Origin: Fusobacterium necrophorum
Lineage (GTDB): Bacteria > Fusobacteriota > Fusobacteriia > Fusobacteriales > Fusobacteriaceae
Length of the DNA stretch: 64,000 nucleotides
Direction of reading: 5' to 3'
Assembly: GCF_004134945.1 (NCBI RefSeq)
Contig: NZ_SBAP01000001.1
Coordinates: forward strand, 83,401 to 147,400
Shown here: in pieces, positions 43,491 through 52,850 of the stretch
Layout of the letters: each line of letters begins with the position of its first letter
Position numbering within the stretch: the stretch's first letter is position 1
The notes under the pieces: model-generated
The model's input: only the letters and a program-made list of their open reading frames with translations
Databases searched by the model: none
Told to the model about the DNA's origin: nothing
Program-made: the position numbers and the translations under genes

Positions 43491-44834
43491 TTATTTTTTA
43501 ATTTGTTCTATATATTCCTCCATAGATACTTTGCAAACTTCCAACATGGTATCTATTTCTCCTTTCGTAATAATATATGGCGGCATAAAATAGACAATAT
43601 TTCCAATCGGACGAATTAAAACTCCTTTTTCCAATGCTAAAGCTGCTATCTTTCTTCCCATTCTCTCCTGACCCGGAATATCATGGAGTTCAATAGCTCC
43701 TATCATTCCCATTCTTCGATAGGATTTCACATACTCCCGACCTTGAAAAAGTTCCTCCATTTTTCTTTGTAAATACTCTCCCTTTTCCTGTACCATAGCC
43801 ATGATATTTTCTTCTTGGAAAATTCGTAATACTTCTACGGCAACACGACATCCTAAAGGATTTCCTGAATAGGTATGAGAATGTAAAAAAGATTTTCCCT
43901 CCTTGTAATCGGCATAAAAAGCATTAAAAATATCTGTGGTAATACATGCCATAGCAATCGGATAATATCCGCTGGACAATCCTTTTGCCAAACACATAAT
44001 ATCCGGAGTGATTCCTGCATGTTCACAGGCAAACATTTTTCCGGTTCGTCCGAATCCCATCGCAATTTCATCATCTATCAGATGAATATTATATTGTTTC
44101 GTCAATTCCCGAACTTGTTTCAGATAGTTTGCCGAATACATTAACATTCCTGCAGCTCCCTGTACCATAGGTTCCACTATCATACAAGCAATCTCATGAT
44201 GGAAGTTTTCTATGAGTTCTTTTAATTCTTGAATACATTCTTCCTCATAGGCTGCAAATTCTTCATCCGATTTTGTATTATCCAAATAGGGAACTCTCAC
44301 CTTTCTTCCCTCTTTTATCAAAGGACGATAGGTTTGTGTAAAGATATCCACATCTCCTACTCCCAAGGCTCCTATCGTTTCTCCATGATACGCATTTTCT
44401 AGGGAGATAAACTTCGTTTTTTGTGGATTTCCTGTTTGTAAATGATATTGAAAACTTAATTTTAAAGCCATTTCTATGCAGGAAGAACCGTTGTCTGCAA
44501 ATAAAAATTTATTGATTCCCTGCGGCAATACTTCGACAAGAGCTTCCGCCAACTCAATGGCAGGTTTATGAGAAAAACTTGCAAAAATAACGTGTTCCAA
44601 ATCGTGAATTTGCTCCATGACTACCTGATTAATACGTGGATTTGCATGTCCGAACAAGTTTACCCACCAACTGGAAATACAATCCATATATCGCTTTCCT
44701 TCTTCATCTATTAGATACAAGCCTTCTCCTTTTGTTATAACCAAAGGAGGATTTTCTTCAAAATCTTTCATTTGAGCACAGGGATGAAAAATGTATTGAA
44801 GATCTTTTTCCTGTAATTCACTTCGTTTTTTCAT
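43491..44834 (-). CDS. bioA: Adenosylmethionine-8-amino-7-oxononanoate aminotransferase (BioA)
   Basis: Class III aminotransferase, 447 aa. Overlaps bioD by 17 nt, in bioB-bioD-bioA order. Confidence 0.85.
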   Translation of the reverse strand: MKKRSELQEKDLQYIFHPCAQMKDFEENPPLVITKGEGLYLIDEEGKRYMDCISSWWVNLFGHANPRINQVVMEQIHDLEHVIFASFSHKPAIELAEALVEVLPQGINKFLFADNGSSCIEMALKLSFQYHLQTGNPQKTKFISLENAYHGETIGALGVGDVDIFTQTYRPLIKEGRKVRVPYLDNTKSDEEFAAYEEECIQELKELIENFHHEIACMIVEPMVQGAAGMLMYSANYLKQVRELTKQYNIHLIDDEIAMGFGRTGKMFACEHAGITPDIMCLAKGLSSGYYPIAMACITTDIFNAFYADYKEGKSFLHSHTYSGNPLGCRVAVEVLRIFQEENIMAMVQEKGEYLQRKMEELFQGREYVKSYRRMGMIGAIELHDIPGQERMGRKIAALALEKGVLIRPIGNIVYFMPPYIITKGEIDTMLEVCKVSMEEYIEQIKK

Positions 44835-45519
44835 TTGCTTCTCCTTTCAGAAACAAGTCCAATTTTTCTTCTGCAATTTCCTGCTCTCCCTCCAAAAGAA
44901 TGAGATGATTTTTTGTAGGAGCCTTCTGCAAAATGATTCTTATATTATCTTCTTCATATATCCTACTTGTTTCAGTACTCCGTACACGATTAAAAATAAT
45001 ACCGTGTAATGAAATTCCCATATGTTTCAAAGCTTCCAGGGTCAATACCGCATGATTGATAGAACCCACCTTGGCACTGCTTACTAAAATCACGGGAAAT
45101 TGAAACTCCCGAATCAAATCATAGATATAAAATTGATCTCTGATGAGAGGAACATACAAACCTCCCGCCCCCTCCACAATAAGATAATCATATTTCTTAC
45201 AAAGTTCCCGAAAATGATTTTTTATCTTGTCAACATCCAAAACTTTGTTTTCCAATTCACTCGCTAAGTGAGGTGAAACCTCAGGACCTAACACATAACT
45301 TACCATCTCCTCCTGATATTCCATTCCTCCAAATTCACAAAGAGAAAGAACATCCGGAGCGTACAACTTTCCCTCTTTCAAAACGCCACCACTCTGTATC
45401 GGCTTATAATACATTACATTTCTATTTCTTAATCCATGATATAACAAAGTACTGCAAAATGTTTTTCCGATATCCGTATCCGTTCCGATGACAAAATACC
45501 CTTTAGTATTCATAACCAA
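44818..45519 (-). CDS. bioD: Dethiobiotin synthetase (BioD)
   Basis: P-loop GTDTDIGKT. 233 aa. Overlaps bioB by 17 nt. Confidence 0.8.
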   Translation of the reverse strand: MVMNTKGYFVIGTDTDIGKTFCSTLLYHGLRNRNVMYYKPIQSGGVLKEGKLYAPDVLSLCEFGGMEYQEEMVSYVLGPEVSPHLASELENKVLDVDKIKNHFRELCKKYDYLIVEGAGGLYVPLIRDQFYIYDLIREFQFPVILVSSAKVGSINHAVLTLEALKHMGISLHGIIFNRVRSTETSRIYEEDNIRIILQKAPTKNHLILLEGEQEIAEEKLDLFLKGEANEKTK

Positions 45520-46486
45520 GCTCCTTAATCATTTGTTTATCACTTTCAATCGTATTTCCTGTTGTCGTTAAAAAGTTTCCTGTCAAAGCGGAATTCACTC
45601 CTCCTCTTAACCCAAGTTTTGCATATTCTCCCAGTTTCACTCGCCCTCCAGCATATCGAATCGCTACTTTCGGCAAAATAAATCGATAAATGGCAATATC
45701 TTTTAATAATTCTCTAGGATCAATGGCTTCATTTTTTTCCAAAGGTGTCCCCGGAATCGGTGTCAAAATATTGATAGGAACGGAATGAACGCCTAATTCC
45801 CGTAAATCAAATGCCATATCCATCCTATCTTCCTCGGTTTCTCCTAAACCGAAAATTCCTCCACTGCACACTTGTAAGCCAACTTCGTGAGCGTATTTTA
45901 CCGTGTTGACTCTGTCCTCAAAACTATGAGAAGTACAAATGCTGGGATAAAATCTTCGAGAACTTTCCAAATTGTGATGATAGGTTTTCACTCCCGCATC
46001 TTTTAATTTTTGTAGTGCTTCTTTGCTACAAATTCCATGAGAAGCACATAAATCCAACTTCGTATTTTTCTGTAAATATTGATAAATTTCTTGCAGTCTG
46101 TCTAATTCCTTCTCTTCTCCCTGTAAACCTTTTCCACTCGTTACCAAAGAAAAACGATGAGCTCCCTCCTCTTCCACTTCTTTTGCAGCCTCCAAAGCAA
46201 CTTCTTTGCTCACAAGAGGATATATCTCCGCATTTGTCTTAAAATGAGCCGACTGAGCACAATATCTGCAATTCTCCGAACAACGACCTGACTTCGCGTT
46301 CAAAATGGTACATAAGTTGAAAAAGTTTCCGCAAAACTTTTCTCGAATTTCATTGGCTTCCTCTAATAATTCCTGCAACTCTTCTTCCTTCTCTATGGAA
46401 ATGCTTAATAAGCTTGCAACATCTTCTCTCGTTACTAAATACCCCTCTAACACTCTGTTCTTCAATCGATGTAAAAATTCCTTCAT
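45503..46486 (-). CDS. bioB: Biotin synthase (BioB), radical SAM
   Basis: CxxxCxxC radical-SAM motif (CSENCRYCAQS) and a YNHNLE-like motif (YHHNLE). Confidence 0.9.
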   Translation of the reverse strand: MKEFLHRLKNRVLEGYLVTREDVASLLSISIEKEEELQELLEEANEIREKFCGNFFNLCTILNAKSGRCSENCRYCAQSAHFKTNAEIYPLVSKEVALEAAKEVEEEGAHRFSLVTSGKGLQGEEKELDRLQEIYQYLQKNTKLDLCASHGICSKEALQKLKDAGVKTYHHNLESSRRFYPSICTSHSFEDRVNTVKYAHEVGLQVCSGGIFGLGETEEDRMDMAFDLRELGVHSVPINILTPIPGTPLEKNEAIDPRELLKDIAIYRFILPKVAIRYAGGRVKLGEYAKLGLRGGVNSALTGNFLTTTGNTIESDKQMIKELGYEY

Positions 46487-46538
46487 GTTTCCTCCTACAT
46501 TTTAATTTCTTCTTGTATGCTATCACATTTCTTACCTT

Positions 46539-47519
46539 TTAAGCAAATATTTTTGCAACTTCTTTTATGTTTTTCTCGTCATAATATTCCAAAGGAAAAA
46601 GATTCGGATATTCTTCCAAGGTTTTTGCCTGATATTTTTCTTTCAATTCTTCCTTTCCAAAGTTTCTTTCTATTTTTACCTGTAACTTCTCCAATTTTTG
46701 CTCCCAAAAAGGTTCCCAAACTTCTTCTGTATAAGCGATGACATCATAATTTGCTTCCTTTAAAATATATATCTTCGCCAATATCTCCAAATTTTTTTCC
46801 AATTTCACAAGAATTCTTTCTTTGACGACCTCTCCCATTCCAAAACTCCGTAATCCCTCTTTGGAAAGAATTTCCAGTTCTCCATTTTCGTCAATTCTCT
46901 GCACGATTCCTTGTACAAAAAGATTTCCTGCACGCAGTCCGATTTTTTTACCCTGTAGATAGTTGATAGCATTGATTTCCTGTAAGATGTTTTTCCAACT
47001 TCCTGCAAAATATCCTTCAAGAAGTTTTCTGCATTCCTCTACAATACTCAAAATCAAAGATTCTATTTCTATCTTTTCCTGACAGACTTCCCGCAAAGAA
47101 ATTGCTATATTTTTAATTTCTATCGGAATGGCATTATTCACATTGATTCCAATTCCAATAAAAAAATCATTTTCTCGTCTTTCTACCAATATCCCTGCCA
47201 ATTTTTTCTCTTGTAAATAAATATCATTGGTCCATTTCAATTGGTAATACATTTTTTTTCTCCGTTGCAAAGCCCTAATGACAGCCAATCCTGCCAATAA
47301 AGGCAATTTCATATATTCTTCCTCGGCTTTTTCTCCTCTCTTTTTCACCAAAAAAGTAAAAAGAGCCATCCCTTCTGTAGAGAGCCAAATATTCCCCCGT
47401 CGACCTTTTCCCGCTCTTTGATTTTTCGCCATGACAATATCAAATTCCTCAAATTCTTTTCGATGTTCCTTCATATAATCATTGGTCGAATCCAAAACTT
47501 CAAATGAGTATATGTTCAT
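46539..47519 (-). CDS. birA: Biotin--[acetyl-CoA-carboxylase] ligase (BirA catalytic domain, no N-terminal HTH)
   Basis: BPL motif (KNQRAGKGRRGNIW). 326 aa. Heads the bioBDA gene string. Confidence 0.7.
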   Translation of the reverse strand: MNIYSFEVLDSTNDYMKEHRKEFEEFDIVMAKNQRAGKGRRGNIWLSTEGMALFTFLVKKRGEKAEEEYMKLPLLAGLAVIRALQRRKKMYYQLKWTNDIYLQEKKLAGILVERRENDFFIGIGINVNNAIPIEIKNIAISLREVCQEKIEIESLILSIVEECRKLLEGYFAGSWKNILQEINAINYLQGKKIGLRAGNLFVQGIVQRIDENGELEILSKEGLRSFGMGEVVKERILVKLEKNLEILAKIYILKEANYDVIAYTEEVWEPFWEQKLEKLQVKIERNFGKEELKEKYQAKTLEEYPNLFPLEYYDEKNIKEVAKIFA

Positions 47520-47596
47520 AATTCTCCTCTCTGTTTTTTATAGAGAAAGGGGGTGCTCACCGTTGTGAAGCAGCCCCCTTACATTTTTACTTGCAG

Positions 47597-48187
47597 CTAT
47601 TTTTTTATTTCCGTATTTGCTTCAAATGCATAAACATGAAGTTGTGTTCCTTCCGGAATTTCCACTTCCGCTATATTATTTTTATGAAATGCATACATGT
47701 TGATTTTCTTTACAGATGCGGGAATTTTTAGAGAAGTCAAAGAATTTTTATAGAAAGATGAAGTATCAATCAATTCTAATCCTTCCGGTAAATGAAGTTC
47801 TTCCAACTCATTCAACGCAAAAGCACTTGGTTCTATTGTTTTCACCTTATCTCCGAAAACTACATTTTTTAATTTATTTCGATAAAAAGCAAAGCCTTCA
47901 ATTCCCACCAAAGATGCCGGTAATTTTACTTCTGTCAATTTACATACTCCAAAGGCATCATAACCGATGGTTTCCACTGTATCAGGAATGACTACGGAAG
48001 TCAATCCTCTTCTGTAAAAAGCATTGTCTCCAATTCTCTTAATCGCCAATCCTTCAGGAGTTGTTGCAGGAATAATCATATCCGTAAATCCTTGCGTTTT
48101 TACTTTATCTTTTCCCTTTGCCGTCATTCCTTTTAATTCATCGCCTTTAAAAATAAAATCATCATTTTCCCATACATTTTGACACAT
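47597..48187 (-). CDS. Small BspA-type leucine-rich-repeat protein (no signal peptide)
   Basis: Tandem 22-24 residue repeats of the BspA/LRR_5 kind (AFYRRGLTSVVIPDTVETIGYDAFGVCKLTEVKLPASLVGIEGFAFYRNKLKNVVF...). Confidence 0.6.
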   Translation of the reverse strand: MCQNVWENDDFIFKGDELKGMTAKGKDKVKTQGFTDMIIPATTPEGLAIKRIGDNAFYRRGLTSVVIPDTVETIGYDAFGVCKLTEVKLPASLVGIEGFAFYRNKLKNVVFGDKVKTIEPSAFALNELEELHLPEGLELIDTSSFYKNSLTSLKIPASVKKINMYAFHKNNIAEVEIPEGTQLHVYAFEANTEIKK

Positions 48188-48203
48188 TTCTTCAACCCCC
48201 TTA

Positions 48204-49388
48204 TCACATTCTGTTTAATTGTACGATTTCGTTGAAAGTTTCTAACTGTGTTTTTACTTGTCCAAAGTCTACCATTTGTTGATCATATCCCATTTTAATT
48301 AAAGGAATCTTTGCAGCATCAAAAGCTTGTTTCAAAGAAGGATATTCCATTTCTTCGGTATCATTGAAATTCATCATAAATAATAGACAACCGTCCGCAT
48401 TGTTTTCTTTTGCCAAATCTACAACATATTTCGGACGTTTAAAAATATCCGGATCGTACAAAATAGGGTCTTCATCCATTCTAGCAAACTGATCTGCCAA
48501 AGCTAACATCGGATCTTCAATAGAAAGATCAATGTCTACCTTTAAAGCTCTCGATTCATGAGCTACATCATCCGCAACAATACATACTTTATAGGCATCA
48601 AATACTTCCAATAATCCCGGATTGTCAGTAATCACTCCACTGGTCACTACCCGAACTCCGTCCCATGTTTCTTCTGCTAAAGCAGCCAATTTTTCATTTA
48701 ATTTCTTCAAAAGAGCTGTGTGTTCATCTTTTAACATAAAATAAGAGCTTTTCAAAACATGACATCTGTCGGAAGCCTTAATTGTTTGTGGATGAGTGGC
48801 AGCTAATTTGATAAATTTTCTTTTTTCACTTCTATTTTCATTGTATATTTCAAACGCTTTCTTTAAATTTTCATCCGTTACTCTTACATCACAAATTTTT
48901 TCCAATTCTTCTTTTGCCTTCTTAAAAATTCTGGCATTGTATTGTTTTCCAAAATCTTCTTTTCGATGTTGCCCGTGATTTAAGAAAATCATAGGAATTT
49001 TTCTTCCTGCACTCACTTTATAGTTTTGTGAAAAAGGTCTTAAGGTATCATCCAAAGTAGTTACCATAGAAGCGGATAACCCATCTAAAGTTCCGTCCAA
49101 TGCCATTTCCAAACATCGTAATGCCATAGAATAATAGAAAGTTGGAAAATACTCTTTCGCTCTTTCAATCGGTCCTTGACCTCCCCATACACCAAAAGGT
49201 ACTACTCCGGCTGCGTATACAATTTCTTCAGGAGCATAATATGGGAAAATTCCTACTGCCTTTTTCCCTTCAGCAAGATACTTATCCAATTGCTTTCTTG
49301 GGTTATTTGCATAGTATTTAAATTGTTCTAACAATTCTTTGATTTCTTCCATTTTCATCCTCCCTATTTTAATGTTGGTTTTGACCAA
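48204..49388 (-). CDS. hgdB: (R)-2-hydroxyglutaryl-CoA dehydratase, beta subunit
   Basis: 2-hydroxyacyl-CoA dehydratase D-component family. 394 aa. Third gene of the hgdC-hgdA-hgdB order. Overlaps hgdA by 25 nt. Confidence 0.8.
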   Translation of the reverse strand: MVKTNIKIGRMKMEEIKELLEQFKYYANNPRKQLDKYLAEGKKAVGIFPYYAPEEIVYAAGVVPFGVWGGQGPIERAKEYFPTFYYSMALRCLEMALDGTLDGLSASMVTTLDDTLRPFSQNYKVSAGRKIPMIFLNHGQHRKEDFGKQYNARIFKKAKEELEKICDVRVTDENLKKAFEIYNENRSEKRKFIKLAATHPQTIKASDRCHVLKSSYFMLKDEHTALLKKLNEKLAALAEETWDGVRVVTSGVITDNPGLLEVFDAYKVCIVADDVAHESRALKVDIDLSIEDPMLALADQFARMDEDPILYDPDIFKRPKYVVDLAKENNADGCLLFMMNFNDTEEMEYPSLKQAFDAAKIPLIKMGYDQQMVDFGQVKTQLETFNEIVQLNRM

Positions 49389-50689
49389 TCCGTTTCTTTG
49401 GTATTTTCAAAGTTTGTATATACCTCTTCGCCTTTTGCCAATCTTTCCTGTTTTCTTTCTTCCATGATTTCCACTAGACCTTGCACCCTTGTCTTGTATT
49501 GTTCTGTAGAGAAGTTTCTTTCGTCTGCCTGGTCTCCGTCAAAGTGAACCACCGGAATTCCCAAATCTTCTTTCCATCTTCTTTCGATTTCCGGCATAGC
49601 TCCACTCCATGGCTTGCAACTTCGGTTATAATTTACCAAAGCTCCACTGATCCCATTTTGTTTTGCCATAGTTTCTCTCCATTCCACCCCTGTTTCTATA
49701 CATACAGAACATGGAGCCTTGCAATACGCTGCAGCCATTTCTCGAATGTTGTTGTATCGGAATCCGAATGCCGGAGCATAGACAACCGCAGTTACATTCA
49801 CTCCATTGTCCTTCAAAGGTTCGTAAAGATGTCGTAATCCCGGCCAACAAGGAATCCCTTCAAACAGAATTCTGTGTTCTTCCGGATATTCCCAAGTGGA
49901 GGTTCCCTCTGCAATGGATTGTTCAAATTCCTGAGCCAATAATTCAAATCCGATAGCCGCTTCTTCATCACATCTTGCTGCCACGATGTCCGCCATATGG
50001 TTAAACAAATCAAATCCGCTCAAAGGAGATGGTTTGTAAGACATATAAGAACAAGCTTTCAACCATGCCGCAGCAGTTCTGTTTGCTCTTGCACAGGCAT
50101 CTTCAAATTTCTTTTCATCAAATTTCTTTCCTGTCAATTCTTCGAGTTGCTTAATGGCATAGTCGAACTGTCCAATCAAATAATCCACTTTTTCTTCCGG
50201 AGTATCTACCGTATTGGAAAAAGGAATATCCACCATAATTAATGGAATATTATGAATTCTGGCAATATTTTCATACCATTTTGTCATCATATTACAAATA
50301 TTATTACAGCAAAGCACAAAATCCGGTTGAGGCATTCTTCTTGCATCGGTAGGTTCTCCTGCTGCATAAGCCAAACTAATTCTTGCATAACCACAAATAT
50401 CATTATCATATCCCATGTCTTCCGCTGCTTGACATAGTCTTAATCCATCTTTTTTTGCCGCTGTTGATGCAGCGTGATTTTCTGGATATACAACATTTAG
50501 ATCAAATGCTTTTGCCAATTCAATCGGGAATTTAGAAGAACTCCATCCAACCAATTCTCCTCTTCTTTTTGCTTCCCAGGCTCCTGCATACACTTTATCT
50601 ACAACCCCTCTTAAAACAGCGGCTGCGGGTTTATGACCTTCAATCGGTCTTGGTGTCTTATTCGGTAATTTTTCTACTTTTCCAGCCAT
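49364..50689 (-). CDS. hgdA: (R)-2-hydroxyglutaryl-CoA dehydratase, alpha subunit
   Basis: 441 aa, HgdA/HadB family, with conserved Cys cluster ligands. Confidence 0.8.
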   Translation of the reverse strand: MAGKVEKLPNKTPRPIEGHKPAAAVLRGVVDKVYAGAWEAKRRGELVGWSSSKFPIELAKAFDLNVVYPENHAASTAAKKDGLRLCQAAEDMGYDNDICGYARISLAYAAGEPTDARRMPQPDFVLCCNNICNMMTKWYENIARIHNIPLIMVDIPFSNTVDTPEEKVDYLIGQFDYAIKQLEELTGKKFDEKKFEDACARANRTAAAWLKACSYMSYKPSPLSGFDLFNHMADIVAARCDEEAAIGFELLAQEFEQSIAEGTSTWEYPEEHRILFEGIPCWPGLRHLYEPLKDNGVNVTAVVYAPAFGFRYNNIREMAAAYCKAPCSVCIETGVEWRETMAKQNGISGALVNYNRSCKPWSGAMPEIERRWKEDLGIPVVHFDGDQADERNFSTEQYKTRVQGLVEIMEERKQERLAKGEEVYTNFENTKETDWSKPTLK

Positions 50690-50766
50690 TTCAATTTCCT
50701 CCTACTTCCTAATAAAAAACTGATAGGATATTGTTCATCTCTTCATGAACAATACCCTTATCATTC

Positions 50767-51561
50767 CTATTTTTCTGCCTGCAAACATTTCTGATATGCA
50801 AACAATGCTGCTCCAATCGCTCCATTTAATTGACAATATTCACTGGTATGGATTTTAAAACCTATATTTCTTTCCAATGCTCTTACCATTCCTTGGTTCA
50901 AAGCAACTCCTCCGGTCATAACTACCTGATCTTTGATTCCAACTCTTTTTGCTAAACTTCCCACACGACTTGCGATTGCTGTGTGAATTCCCTTTACAAT
51001 ATCTTCAATTTTTGTTCCCTTTGCCAATTGAGAAATGACTTCCGATTCCGCAAATACAGTACAAGTAGAACTAATCGTCACATCCAACTTGGATTGCTCA
51101 TCCAATTTTTCCAAATCTTTTAAATCTACTTCCAAGACTTTGGCAATGACATCCAAAAATCTTCCTGTTCCTGCGGCACATTTATCATTCATAACAAAAT
51201 TTTCCAACATTCCGTTGTCTCCAACTTTTAATGCCTTGGAATCTTGTCCTCCAATATCGATGATAGTTCTTACTTTTGGAAATAAGAAATATGCCCCTTT
51301 GGCATGACAAGATAATTCTGACATTTGTACCGGAACTTCTTCCAATGAATTTCTTCCATATCCTGTGGCCACCGCTCCATCCAACTGTGCAATAGAGTTT
51401 AATCCTACTTCTTCCAATGCCTGTTTGATAGCTCTTGCAGGTCCACTTGTACCGGTACCTACTGAAATTACTGATTTTGCTACAATTTCTTTTCCATCTT
51501 TTATGATAACACATTTCGATGCGGTCGAACCTACATCAACTCCCATAGTATACTTACTCAT
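50767..51561 (-). CDS. hgdC: 2-hydroxyglutaryl-CoA dehydratase activator (component A, ATP-dependent, ASKHA fold)
   Basis: [21 protein letters not shown] phosphate-1 motif (BadF/BadG/BcrA/BcrD/HgdC family). Probable start is the internal ATG at 51561 ([13 protein letters not shown]). The track ORF extends to 51603 and would overlap gltS. Confidence 0.85.
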   Translation of the reverse strand: MSKYTMGVDVGSTASKCVIIKDGKEIVAKSVISVGTGTSGPARAIKQALEEVGLNSIAQLDGAVATGYGRNSLEEVPVQMSELSCHAKGAYFLFPKVRTIIDIGGQDSKALKVGDNGMLENFVMNDKCAAGTGRFLDVIAKVLEVDLKDLEKLDEQSKLDVTISSTCTVFAESEVISQLAKGTKIEDIVKGIHTAIASRVGSLAKRVGIKDQVVMTGGVALNQGMVRALERNIGFKIHTSEYCQLNGAIGAALFAYQKCLQAEK

Positions 51562-51589
51562 ATTCCCATCCTTTCTCTCTTTACTATTC

Positions 51590-52828
51590 TTATCCGATAC
51601 CAACCATCGCTTTGGCGATATTCAAGAATTTGGTGATAATAATCGCATTACTAATATTGCTGATAAATCCTCCAATAACAGGTACTACGAAAAATGCTAA
51701 TTTAGAATATCGATATTTTCGACAAACTGTCTGCATTGTTGTCATAGAAACCGGTACTGCTCCTAGTCCAAATCCGGAATGTCCTACCGCCATGACTGCT
51801 GCATCGTAATCTCTTCCTAGTAAATTGAATGTTAATAAGTAACAGAATACTACGATAAAAATCACTTGAGAAATTAACAATACAAATAGAGGTCCTCCTA
51901 AATCTGATAATTGCCATAGCTTCATGGTAATAATCGACATAGAAACAAACAATCCTAAAGAGAATTCTCCAACCGTATCAATTGCTTCATACAAAACATC
52001 ATGATTTCCTTTTCTTCCATCGTAAAATAATCGGATTAAAATTCCTCCCAACATACAGCTTACATGAATAGGAAAGCTAACCCCATATTTTTTTAGTACT
52101 AAAGTGACAATTTGTCCGATTCCTAAGGCAATGCACATTAAAAACATGGCATTCACCACACTCTTTTTATCCACTGCCATTGCAGAAGAAGTTTCCGCCC
52201 CTTCTTGCAGATTATCAATATCATCTTTTCCATCCAAAGCAGGATCTTCCAAATGATGCCGTTTAATAATAAAATTTCCTAAAGGTCCTCCTAAAATACA
52301 ACCGGAAATCAATCCGAAGGTTGCTGATGCAATTGCCACTTCCATTGCTGCCCCTGCTCCTGCTTCCACTGCAATCGGAGCGAAAGCTGCCGCATTCCCA
52401 TGACCTCCCGTCATGGGAATACTTCCGGTCATCATGGAAATCAACGGATTGACATTCATCAATTTTCCGATAAATAATGCCAAAGCATTTTGTCCTGCCG
52501 CCAATATTGCAGCAAGAATTGCGAAAATCACGACAAGCTTTCCTCCTTTTTTCAAAAGAGACAAGCTTGCTGCCGCTCCACTTGCGGCAAAGAAAATACA
52601 ATAAAACAATGAATTGACGGCTTTAAATTCAAAGCTCAATTCACAGATATTTGCATAGTATAGTCCCATAGAAGCTACGGCAAATACTGTTCCTCCCACA
52701 ACAGAAGCGGGTAAACAATATTTTTTCAGAACAGGAAATTGTTTTCTCAAAAATTCTCCAAAATAAATAGCCAATACTGCCAACGACAATGTTTCAAACA
52801 TACCTAATTCTAAAACGATTCTATTCAT
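51590..52828 (-). CDS. gltS: Sodium/glutamate symporter GltS
   Basis: 412 aa GltS family, with an N-terminus like that of the second copy at 62150-63331. Confidence 0.85.
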   Translation of the reverse strand: MNRIVLELGMFETLSLAVLAIYFGEFLRKQFPVLKKYCLPASVVGGTVFAVASMGLYYANICELSFEFKAVNSLFYCIFFAASGAAASLSLLKKGGKLVVIFAILAAILAAGQNALALFIGKLMNVNPLISMMTGSIPMTGGHGNAAAFAPIAVEAGAGAAMEVAIASATFGLISGCILGGPLGNFIIKRHHLEDPALDGKDDIDNLQEGAETSSAMAVDKKSVVNAMFLMCIALGIGQIVTLVLKKYGVSFPIHVSCMLGGILIRLFYDGRKGNHDVLYEAIDTVGEFSLGLFVSMSIITMKLWQLSDLGGPLFVLLISQVIFIVVFCYLLTFNLLGRDYDAAVMAVGHSGFGLGAVPVSMTTMQTVCRKYRYSKLAFFVVPVIGGFISNISNAIIITKFLNIAKAMVGIG

Positions 52829-52850
52829 AAGCTCCCTTTCCTATTGTTTA

